Source of the DNA: Anaerosomatales bacterium
GTDB lineage: Bacteria; Actinomycetota; Coriobacteriia; Anaerosomatales; SLCP01
DNA length: 64,000 nt
Reading direction: 5' to 3'
Assembly: GCA_029210645.1 (NCBI GenBank)
Contig: JARGFT010000002.1
Location: forward strand, 40,016 to 104,015
Numbering within the stretch: the stretch's first letter is position 1; each line of letters starts with the position of its first letter. This document shows positions 1 through 7,838 of this stretch, one piece after another. The translations under genes were made by a program, and so were the position numbers. The notes beneath the pieces are model-generated. The model was not told where the DNA came from and ran no database searches. It saw nothing but the letters and a program-made list of their open reading frames with translations.

Positions 1-244
1 TGGCATACAGCGCAGCGAGCTTCTCGTGGAGGTCGCAGGTGATGACCTCGGCCGTCACGCCGTGCTCGGCGACCTCATCGGCCGGGACCTCGATCTCCTC
101 GGTCGTGTCGGAGACGATCTCACCGTTGGTGCACAGAACGATCTCGCCGGTCTCCACGGTGACCATCTGCTTCTTGCAGCCGGGCAAGGCAACGATGCCC
201 GCGCCCAGCATCACCACGACCAGTAGAGTCCACACACGTCTCAT
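1..244 (-). CDS. small secreted or lipoprotein-like protein; 3' end cut by the window edge
   Basis: Not in the ORF track because it runs off the window. The reverse-strand ATG at 244-242 overlaps the TGA of the upstream membrane-protein gene (ATGA), with AGGAGG 9 nt upstream. It translates MRRVWTLLVVVMLGAGIVALPGCKKQMVTVETGEIVLCTNGEIV..., a signal peptide ending in a lipobox-like LPGC. Confidence 0.5.
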   Translation of the reverse strand, partial: MRRVWTLLVVVMLGAGIVALPGCKKQMVTVETGEIVLCTNGEIVSDTTEEIEVPADEVAEHGVTAEVITCDLHEKLAALYA

Positions 245-1791
245 CGATCACGACCTCCTGCGCTGCTGTCTGAAGGAAGAACTACTCCCCTCCTTGATAG
301 CGAACGCCAAACCAGGCGTGCGCCGAGCACAAGACATGCACCTATAATCCCCACAACCTGCAGATTCGTCGAGACGGGCGAGAAGATGATGCTCGCGTAC
401 TCGGTGCCGTAGTCGTGCTGTATCTCGGCCGGTATCCACGTCATCCAGGTTTGCAGAGGCGTGAAGCGAAGCGTGGTATGTGCGGCGGCGACCGCGATGC
501 CTGCCAGCAGAGCGACCGCCGCGGTGAGCCGGCCGGGACGTTCGGTCCAGGCGGCAGCTGCAAGCAGGGCGACAGCGAGCGCAAGCCATCCGCCGACGGT
601 GCGGAGTCCCGCGAGCGTGAAGTCTGCGGCAAAGGCGGAACCGGCGAGAGTGGTTCCGCGAACAGCCACCGCCACGCCCGGCTCGGCGAGCGAGTAGACG
701 GCGACGGCGAGCGAGGCCGCAGCAGCGAGCGCGGCGACGATCAGCACGGGCCTCGCGGGTGTGCGGCCGGGGCGCCTCAGATTCAGCAGAGCCACGGAGA
801 TGCCGGCTGCCGCGACAGCCGAGCCCCACGCAGCCTCGTCGAGGATGATCGGACGCGGACCGAACGTGCCGGTGGCCCGTTCGACAGCGAGCAGCGTGGT
901 AACGAGCGCGGGGACCGCAAGCAGCGCGGCACCGGGCAGGTGAGCGCCGCCACGGCGTGAGAGGTGTACCGACAGGGCGGCAACGAGGCCTGCCAGGACG
1001 ACCGCCGGAATCGCGGTCGCGGGCGGCACGAGTGCGGTCACGTCCCAGCCGGATGCCGGCACGCCCCACGCGACCGAGCCGGCAAGCCCGCCGGCAGCAG
1101 CGAGTGCGTAGACACTGCTGGCCCCTTCCGTGCGGGCCAGGCCACCCGTGATGATCACGAACGCCGCCCATGCGACTCCCGCGATCACGAAGGTGAGCTC
1201 CTCGGCGGGAAAGGTGCCGAGCAGCGAGAACGAACTCGGTCGCTCCCAGCTGCCGAGGATCCCCATGCAGCCAACCAGAGCAACGAGGGCACCGGCGGCG
1301 CGGACGGGGCGGCGGGCGGAGAGTGCGGACGCGGCCACAAGCAGGAGGCCCCAGACGGCGGTTGTCCAGAAGGCGACCACGGTGCCGGCGGGAGCATCCG
1401 AGTAGCGGTTCACCATGACGAGCGCCGGCGCGACCGCAAGGCCGAGCACGCCGGCGCCGAGCGCGAGTGCGGCTCGTTGGCCCCCGAGCGCTCTGAGGTC
1501 GGACATGCGGGGCCGATCGCCGATCAGGAGCAGGAAGAGCGCTGATGCGACCGCTCCGCCGAACACCAGGGCGGGATCGGCCACCGAGGGCACGACAGCG
1601 GTCTCGAAGACGAAGTGTGCCGAGGCGGCGATGGCGAGAAGCACCCAGGCCAGGACGATTCCCGGGAGTGCCAGAGGACTCCGGTGCGCAGAAGAGGGAG
1701 AGCCGGGCACTGCCCGGCTCTCCCCTCGAGTCTGCTGATCGCAGTCCCGATCAGATGCTGTTGCGATTACTTGTTGTGGCATTCCTGGCAT
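241..1791 (-). CDS. polytopic integral membrane protein (about 13-14 predicted helices), function unknown
   Basis: 516-aa Ala/Gly/Leu-rich ORF with many hydrophobic helices (GIVLAWVLLAIAASAHFVF, VVAFWTTAVWGLLLVAASAL, VLIVAALAAAASLAVAVYSLA...). I see no NrfD/PsrC, CcsA (WWD) or cytochrome b signature. It is co-directional with the cytochrome gene upstream and the lipoprotein gene downstream and overlaps both. The start is uncertain: ATG 1791 overlaps the cytochrome gene by 25 nt. Confidence 0.6.
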   Translation of the reverse strand: MPGMPQQVIATASDRDCDQQTRGESRAVPGSPSSAHRSPLALPGIVLAWVLLAIAASAHFVFETAVVPSVADPALVFGGAVASALFLLLIGDRPRMSDLRALGGQRAALALGAGVLGLAVAPALVMVNRYSDAPAGTVVAFWTTAVWGLLLVAASALSARRPVRAAGALVALVGCMGILGSWERPSSFSLLGTFPAEELTFVIAGVAWAAFVIITGGLARTEGASSVYALAAAGGLAGSVAWGVPASGWDVTALVPPATAIPAVVLAGLVAALSVHLSRRGGAHLPGAALLAVPALVTTLLAVERATGTFGPRPIILDEAAWGSAVAAAGISVALLNLRRPGRTPARPVLIVAALAAAASLAVAVYSLAEPGVAVAVRGTTLAGSAFAADFTLAGLRTVGGWLALAVALLAAAAWTERPGRLTAAVALLAGIAVAAAHTTLRFTPLQTWMTWIPAEIQHDYGTEYASIIFSPVSTNLQVVGIIGACLVLGARLVWRSLSRRGVVLPSDSSAGGRDR

Positions 1792-2951
1792 ACGCCGCGG
1801 TCGTCGAGACGGAGCAGCGCACTGCTGTTCGCCGGATCGACACCGCCGACACCTGAGTCTTCCTCGGGGTTGGTGGAGTCCCAGACGTTGGCAAAACCAT
1901 TCATCTCAGCGGTCGAGCCGTGAGACACGTGGCAGGTCAGACAATCGACCCATGCCTCGTCCCAGGTCGTATCCGAAGGCAAGGTGGCCGTCGGCAACTG
2001 CACGGGATCGATAAGGTCGCGCGGGCCGGCAAACTCGGCCAACTCGACGTTGACCGGGTGACGGTAGCGCGTCACGAGGCCGAAGCCGTCGTTGGCGTCG
2101 TATGCGCCTTCGGGATCGACCGTGCCGGTGAAGTAGCCGTCGGCGTCCACACCCACCTGAGTGGTGGTACCAGCGTTCGTCATGTACTGCGTGTGGCAGG
2201 CACGACACCAGCCGCTGATGCCCTTATCGGGGTCCTCAGCGGGGGCCTTCGCGTACGCAGGCGTTGTGTAGTCGGGCTGATAGTCAGCCATCTCGATGGC
2301 GCCCTGCTCGTGCAAAGACCAACCGGCGGACGGATAGCCAGGCTCGTTGGAGATCACGTACGGGGTCGGGGTGTTGTCTGCCTCGTACCCGCCGACCCGG
2401 ATCCCGTTCACAACGTCTCTGAGGATACGGTAGTTGGAGCTACCGTGGACGTCGTGGCAGGAGGAGCAGCTCATCACGATCAATGGGCCTGCTCCGGTGC
2501 TGAAGAGCCCGTCACGGCCGGTTTCCCCGCCGCCCCACGCAGCCCACGAGGCACCGTTGAAGGTGTGGTTCGACGTACGGTTCATGCCGAACCCGCCACC
2601 ATTCAGAGGCTGGCCGATGTCACCCCACTCGTCGCTCTCGTAGACACCGCTGATGACGTTGGTTGCGGCACCGGCGGCGTCATCACCGTGGCACGTGAGA
2701 CAGAACTCGAACGTCTCGTCGGCCGTGCTGATCAGCAGCGCGCTCCCGCTACCGGTCACTAAGGTGTCCGGATCCGTGTAACTCCACTGGAGCGGGCTGG
2801 AAGCCGTGTGCGCACGGTGACATCCTGCGCAGGCGTCCGTGTCCATGGAGTACCCGCCGTGGATCGCAAAGTTCGCAAGAGCGATGCCCGGGGTGAGCAG
2901 CAGCGCTGATGCAGCGACTGCTATGGCAAGTGCGATGGTGATCTTCCGCAT
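1767..2951 (-). CDS. hexahaem c-type cytochrome, secreted
   Basis: Signal peptide MRKITIALAIAVAASALLLTPGIALA followed by six CxxCH motifs (CAGCH, CLTCH, CSSCH, CRACH, CLTCH, CQECH). ATG 2951 has GAGAGGGG upstream. The track start at 2960 is a GTG overlapping the upstream stop codon. Confidence 0.85.
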   Translation of the reverse strand: MRKITIALAIAVAASALLLTPGIALANFAIHGGYSMDTDACAGCHRAHTASSPLQWSYTDPDTLVTGSGSALLISTADETFEFCLTCHGDDAAGAATNVISGVYESDEWGDIGQPLNGGGFGMNRTSNHTFNGASWAAWGGGETGRDGLFSTGAGPLIVMSCSSCHDVHGSSNYRILRDVVNGIRVGGYEADNTPTPYVISNEPGYPSAGWSLHEQGAIEMADYQPDYTTPAYAKAPAEDPDKGISGWCRACHTQYMTNAGTTTQVGVDADGYFTGTVDPEGAYDANDGFGLVTRYRHPVNVELAEFAGPRDLIDPVQLPTATLPSDTTWDEAWVDCLTCHVSHGSTAEMNGFANVWDSTNPEEDSGVGGVDPANSSALLRLDDRGVCQECHNK

Positions 2952-2956
2952 ACCTA

Positions 2957-3799
2957 TCACCCCTCTCTCTTTCCAGCGGACTCTTCCATATTCTGCTGCC
3001 TACGTGCGATAACCGCAAGCAGGCCACCAGCGAAGATCGTCGGCACCAGCGCCGCTTTGGCGAACGGGCTGTTCAGCAGGTTGGACACCATCGGCGTGAT
3101 GTGGTCCTCGATGTACGGGTCTGCCTTGGGCTGGATGATGATCGCCCTCTTGCTCGCCCAGTACATGCTGCCGTCACCTTGTGCGGAGAAGTAACCGTTG
3201 GCCGGGTCGTTGATATAGTCACGGATGTTCTGTCGCGTGTCCCACTTCATGGCCTTGGCCGGGCAGGTGTAGACGCAGCTCGGCTCGTGAGCCATGTCGT
3301 CGAGGTAGTCCGAGCCGGGAAGCCGCTGACCGCTCGCAGGGAGCGGGGTACCGAACTTGGGATCGAGATCCGCGTCGGCACCTGCGCGTCCGTAACAGAG
3401 CGTGCACTTCCACGCCTTCTCGGTGGCGAACAGGTCGCTACCGACACCGACCTTGGGATAGCCGGCACGCTTGCAGTCGAACAGACACTGCTTCTCGCAC
3501 TGGCTCGGATCGCAAAGGTCCGGATCGATGGAGACTGCACCGTTTGCCTGCTTCGTGAGCGCCTTGAAGGGGCAGCGCTTCACGCAGGGCGGGTCGGGGC
3601 AGTGCCAGCAGCTGAACCGCACGAACGGACCGTTGTCGACGCGCCGCTGTGACTTGATGATGACGCGCTGATCCGGTGCGACCTTGTGGACGCCTGGGTT
3701 CAGAGCCTTCATCTTCCACGTGCGCTTGCAGCTGATGACGCAGCCATTACAGCGGACGCACTTGTCGACGTTCTGGAAAACCGCCATGACGTTACTCAT
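2957..3799 (-). CDS. fdnH: FdnH/HybA-type 4x[4Fe-4S] electron-transfer subunit with C-terminal membrane anchor
   Basis: Cys clusters CVRCNGCVISC, CWHCPDPPCVKRCP, CDPSQCEKQCLFDC and CTLC...CVYTCP. A C-terminal hydrophobic helix (ALVPTIFAGGLLAVIA) resembles the FdnH anchor. GGGAGG lies upstream of the ATG. The gene starts 14 nt downstream of the catalytic-subunit gene. Confidence 0.88.
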   Translation of the reverse strand: MSNVMAVFQNVDKCVRCNGCVISCKRTWKMKALNPGVHKVAPDQRVIIKSQRRVDNGPFVRFSCWHCPDPPCVKRCPFKALTKQANGAVSIDPDLCDPSQCEKQCLFDCKRAGYPKVGVGSDLFATEKAWKCTLCYGRAGADADLDPKFGTPLPASGQRLPGSDYLDDMAHEPSCVYTCPAKAMKWDTRQNIRDYINDPANGYFSAQGDGSMYWASKRAIIIQPKADPYIEDHITPMVSNLLNSPFAKAALVPTIFAGGLLAVIARRQQNMEESAGKREG

Positions 3800-3813
3800 T
3801 GTTCACCACCTCC

Positions 3814-6800
3814 CTACATCTCTACTTTTCGGATATCGCACAGACATGCCTTGTACTCCGGGATGGTCGTGTTCGCATCCATCGAGTCGATGCACAGGTC
3901 GTTGGCACGAGAACCGGTCGAAAGCCCCCGGTCACCCCAGTGCCACGGAATGGCGACCACTCCGACGCCGACGCGCTGGTTGTCTTCCGCACCGACACCG
4001 ACGCGAGCGATGAAGCCCTCTGCGAACGGCGCTCCGACGGTCCGACCTTCCTGGTCGCTCGTGCTGTTGCTGCGGGCGGTGATGACGTCGACCATGTCAC
4101 CGGTCGTGATGCCCTTCGCAGCCGCGTCGACCGAGTTGATCTCGATCCACGGCGTGGGCTCCGCCTCAACGTTCCACGGGTTGTTACGGGTGATCGGGCC
4201 GCCCTGGAAGTGCTCGACGCACCTGATCGTGGTGAGAACGAAGGGGAAGCTGTCCGCGCTCACCCGGTTGACCGCGTTGTAAGACGCATCGTTGGTGGCA
4301 ACCTTCGTGGCCTGGCCGTGGATCAGATCCCACTTCGCAGTACCCTTGGTGTTGCGGCCCCACTTCTCTGCGAGGTCCTCACGCGGCGTCTCGTACGGCT
4401 CCACGTGTGCCGGGAACCGGCCCGAGTAGACGCTGTGCTCGGCGCTCGACGCATCCGCGGCGACGATGACGTCAGGCCTGTCGGACAGTCCATGCACGAG
4501 CCTCCAGTTGTTGTTCGCATAGCCGATGGTGTTCGGCTGCTTGCACACGAAGAGGCGCGCGGCCTTGTCGGGACCCTGGTAGCCGTCGCCGTTATCGCCG
4601 GGCACGTCGCCGTTGTTGTAGAGCACACGACGGTTGACCAGCCACGAGAAGCCCCAGCCCGGGTATGCCAGCGTACCGTTCGGGTCGCTGCTGTCGCGGT
4701 TCTTGGAGCGGTTGAAGACCTTCCAATCGTCCTGAGCGGCTCCTCCGGGTGCTGCGCCATGCTTGCGCGACGTGTAGTCCTCCTGGTATCCGTCGAGATA
4801 CAGCCACATCGTGCCGCCGTTGGCGGGACGGATGTTGCACTGCTGGTAGATCTTCTCGGCGACCACCTCGGAGCCCACGACGGGAGCGCTTGCCTGGAAG
4901 CCACGGCTGTCGGCGTACCACATCTCGAGGTTCTCGGTGAGGTCCTCGAAGCCGGTGGCGTCTGCAGGACTCCAGCCGTACTGCTCCTTGTAGAGCTTGT
5001 CGTAGACGGGGTGCATGCCCGAGAGCGTCCAACTCAGCGGAGCGGCCTGCCACTTGGCGGCGATGTGGCTGAAGGCGCCCGCACCCTCGAGGGCGTACGT
5101 GAAGCGCAGCAGCAGCTCGAGATCGGACTTGGTGTTGCCCTTGGGGGCACACGCACGCTCGCGCCACTGAAGCACGCGGCCCGAGTTGGCGACGCTGCCT
5201 GCTTCCTCTGCGTACGACGACGCGGGGATGAGATAGGTCACGCTGCCTTCCTTGCGCTTACATGCAGCCGTCTCGTTCTCGAACATGTCGACGACGACGA
5301 GCGTGTCGAGGTTCTCGAGCCCGTCGCGAACCATGGACTGGTTCGGCTCGGTGACCGCAGGGTTCTGGCCCCACACCATCATGGCCGTGATGTGACCAGC
5401 AACGGCCTTGCGGAACATGAGGATGTGGTCGTCACCGTTGGTCTTGGGCCACAGGTCGTAGATGGCATCGACCGCGGCGCGCTTGGCGTCCTTCTCGGCA
5501 CGGGTGCCATAGGGCATGCCGTGAATCAGGTCGTAATCGCCGAACCACTTGAGCGTCATGTTGTAGAAACCACGCGCCTGCAGGCCGCCGGAGACACCGT
5601 AGGCGTCGTCGTACGGCAGTTCGCCGTACCGGGTCGGCTGTCCCCACAGCTTGTCGGTGTACATGCCGAACGCCTCGGAGTTCTGCACCCTCGTCTCCCG
5701 GGGGTTGCCCGAGTAGCCGGGGATCAGGTGGTAGAGCAGGCCCATGTCCGTCGAGCCCTGCACGTTGTGGATACCGCGCAGCGCGTTGATGCCGCCGCCC
5801 GCACGACCCATGTTGCCCATCAGTATCTGCAGCACGGTGAACGACTTAACGTTCTGCGAACCGCACGTGTGCTGCGTGAGACCCATGGCGTACATCATGG
5901 TCGTCGCGCGGTAGTTCCCCTTGTCGCGCGGGTCCTGCAAGCCGATGACCGAGTCGCCGGTCAGCTTGGAGCTCATGTGACGGCTGTTGTCGATGAAGGC
6001 CCGCGCCACGAAGTCGAGTTCCTCCTCGGTGACGCCACAGATGTCGGCGACCACAGCGGGAGTGTACGGCTCGACATGCTCCTTGAGACGCGAGTACACG
6101 GTGTCGGGCTCGTTGACCGACGCGGCCTTCTCGGGGAAGTACAGCATGTCCGTGTCGCCGGTGCCCGTCTCGCGGACGTAGTCGGTCCCAGCCGCGTTCA
6201 CACGGAAGCGTGCATCCGTGTACCTCGAACCGAGGTCCCGTGATCTGGTAGTGCCGTCGTTGTTGTAGAAGGTCTGCGACTCCGACTGGTTCAGGAACGT
6301 GAAGAAGTTGTCCTTGACCTCCTGGTCGACATCGCCCTCGAGGCCTTCCATCATGCGGATGATCTTGCGGGTGAGGCCCATGTTGAACGCGATATCCGTA
6401 CCGGGGCGCTGACGGATGTAGCGACCGCCGTGCGCCTCGGCCAGGATCGCCGTGCGGGTCTTGCGGGGGTCGATCACGATGATCTTCGCACCGCGCTCGT
6501 CGACCGCCTTGAGAGCGTGCGCCGTCGCCGCGGGGTGGTTCTCGACGAAGTTCGAGCCCATGACCACGAAGAGCGTGCCATTGCCCAGATCGGCCCAGTT
6601 GTTGGTCATCGCGCCTCGTCCGAATGCGGCGGCCAGACCGGCCACCGTGGACGAGTGTCATATGCGGGCCTGATGCTCGACGTTGCTCGTACCGAAGTTC
6701 GCGATGATCTTGCGGTAGAGGTAGTTCTGGTCGTTGTTGATGTGCGACGACCCGAAGAACGCGACGGTGTCGGAGTTGTTCTCTTCGTGAGCGACCGCGA

Positions 6801-7290
6801 GGTCACCGCGCGCCGCGACCATGGCTGCGGCGGACTCGTTCAGCGCGGCATCGAGGGACATCTTCTCCCAGGGGCCGTTGCCCGTGCGCTTGTAGGCGAT
6901 GCCGTCGGCGTAGGTAGGATCGTACGCGAAGGTGTTGTTCACCGGATGCGATCCAGCCCATGCGCCAACACGGCGGGGGTTGTTGACGAGCTGGTAACTG
7001 CCGGCACCCTTGGAGCAGAGACCCCCTCTGTTCCACGGTGAGTTGTGGTCTCCGTAAATGTCCAGTACGTTTCCTTCCGCATCCACATCGACGAGCTGAC
7101 CACAGCTCGCCGAGCAGTACGGACAGGTGGTGTGGTACGTCGCTGCAACTTCCGCGGCGGCGGCACTTGACGGCTTGGCGGCGAAATCGAGACCCGCTGC
7201 TCCAACAGCAGCGGTTGCCGCGCCTGCCTGCAAGAACTGGCGCCGTGTCAGCTTCAGGGACTTACCTCCATCCTTATCCAGTTTGCCCAT
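3814..7290 (-). CDS. fdnG: selenocysteine-containing molybdo/tungstopterin oxidoreductase, FDH-N alpha-like (formate dehydrogenase family), Tat-exported
   Basis: Track ORFs 6658-7326 and 3814-6645 are one gene joined by an in-frame TGA at 6658-6660. The junction ...NVEHQARI-U-HSSTVAGLAAAFGRGAMTNNW matches the Sec-His active-site block of FdnG (ARV-U-HGPTVASLAPTFGRGAMTNHW). It has a twin-arginine signal (LTRRQFLQAGAATAAVGAAG) and an N-terminal FeS motif (CPYCSASCG...C). ATG 7290 is preceded by GAGAGGGAAGAGG; ATG 7326 is an alternative start. Product is about 1158 aa. Confidence 0.9.
6615..6657 (-). promoter_or_regulatory. SECIS hairpin directly 3' of the FDH UGA codon
   Basis: mRNA reads UGA-CA-CUCGUCC-ACG-GGUGGCC-GGUCU-GGCCGCC-GCAUUC-GGACGAG. 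Lower stem CUCGUCC/GGACGAG; upper stem GGUGGCC/GGCCGCC with one G-U pair; apical loop GGUCU, the same loop sequence as the E. coli fdhF SECIS. Confidence 0.7.
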
Positions 7291-7423
7291 GCCTCTTCCC
7301 TCTCTGTCGTTTCGCACTCTCCCCATTGAGACGTGCGAATCGTTCTGCGGGCCTGACCGACCCGCGAGTCACGTTCTACCGACGACCTCCTCTCCCGTGC
7401 TTCCGTGGAAGGGACGAGAATGC

Positions 7424-7478
7424 GAAAGACCGGACATCGCCAACGGGGCGCCTGGGCGCCTGCGATATCCGGTCTCTT
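7424..7478 (-). terminator. long GC-rich hairpin with a flanking U-rich tract in the FDH leader (candidate attenuator)
   Basis: RNA reads AAGAGACCGGAUAUCGC-(AGGCGCCCAGGCGCCCCGUUG)-GCGAUGUCCGGUCUUUC, roughly 15-17 bp of pairing, followed by UCUUUCGCAUUCU. It lies 135-190 nt upstream of the FDH start. A second hairpin, CGGGCCCC-N9-GGGGCCCG, is at 7516-7541. Confidence 0.35.
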
Positions 7479-7552
7479 CTCGTGTCTCGTCTCCCTTACC
7501 CCGTACACCGATGAACCGGGCCCCATTTGCCGGGGGGCCCGTATGCCCATCA

Positions 7553-7660
7553 GTCTCCTTTCCAAGGTCCGAAAGGACGGGAGGCGCCGTCGTTTCCCAC
7601 GACACCCTAACGGCTTGGATCCCTGGCCAGAGCAGCTGTAGGAGTCCGAAGCTCGGAGAC
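7553..7660 (-). promoter_or_regulatory. Moco/Tuco-type riboswitch-like element in the FDH leader
   Basis: The 3' block GGCGCCUCCCGUCCUUUCGGACCUUGGAAAGGAGAC resembles the conserved CGCCUCCCG...GGAAAGG block of the E. coli moaA Moco RNA. The 5' strand GUCUCCGAG can pair with GGAGAC as P1. It aligns along its length with the second copy at 25514-25616, and paired stems covary between the copies. Confidence 0.55.
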
Positions 7661-7719
7661 GATGTTCCTGTTGTCAGGGCCCGCCTGCAGTGCCGGTGAC
7701 TCACGGGCCGGGTCGTGCG

Positions 7720-7737
7720 TTGTAACGATTGTTACAA
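7720..7737. promoter_or_regulatory. perfect palindrome TTGTAAC-GATT-GTTACAA (candidate operator, copy 1 of 3)
   Basis: AT-rich 18-bp inverted repeat in the 510-nt non-coding gap between the NHL gene (ends 7839) and the FDH gene. Related copies are at 15217-15232 and 22760-22775. Confidence 0.5.
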
Positions 7738-7838
7738 AACCCTGCAAATAGGCTACTGCGCGTGCTCAGACGTGTCAACCGATATGCTGCTACACGCCTC
7801 CCTACTCCTATACCCAAATACCGGTCGCATCCGCGGCA

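Noticed and set aside
241-1791. The 14-TM protein considered as a cytochrome c biogenesis protein (CcsA/ResC).
   Set aside because: The only Trp-rich stretch (AWGVPASGWD) does not match the WGxxWxWD WWD motif, and no conserved His pairs flank it.
3799-6243. An 814-aa plus-strand ORF. Similar long ORFs include 12118-14067 (+), 55079-57433 (+), 57443-58960 (+), 21086-22837 (+), 37470-38432 (+) and 26253-27206 (-).
   Set aside because: Each lies antisense to, or out of frame within, a gene with clear family motifs. Their products are Arg/Gly/Pro/Val-rich and low in complexity, with no motifs. These are the usual shadow ORFs of GC-rich DNA.
3814-7326. The FDH-like gene read as a pseudogene interrupted by a stop codon.
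   Set aside because: The stop is a TGA at the exact Sec position of the FDH active-site alignment. A SECIS hairpin follows it, and selABCD are in the window.
7254-7565. A 103-aa (or 98-aa from the ATG) ORF in the FDH leader, considered as a protein-coding gene.
   Set aside because: The sequence is Arg-rich and non-protein-like. It overlaps the riboswitch-like element and both leader hairpins, and it runs out of frame into the FDH start. It is kept only as a possible regulatory uORF.
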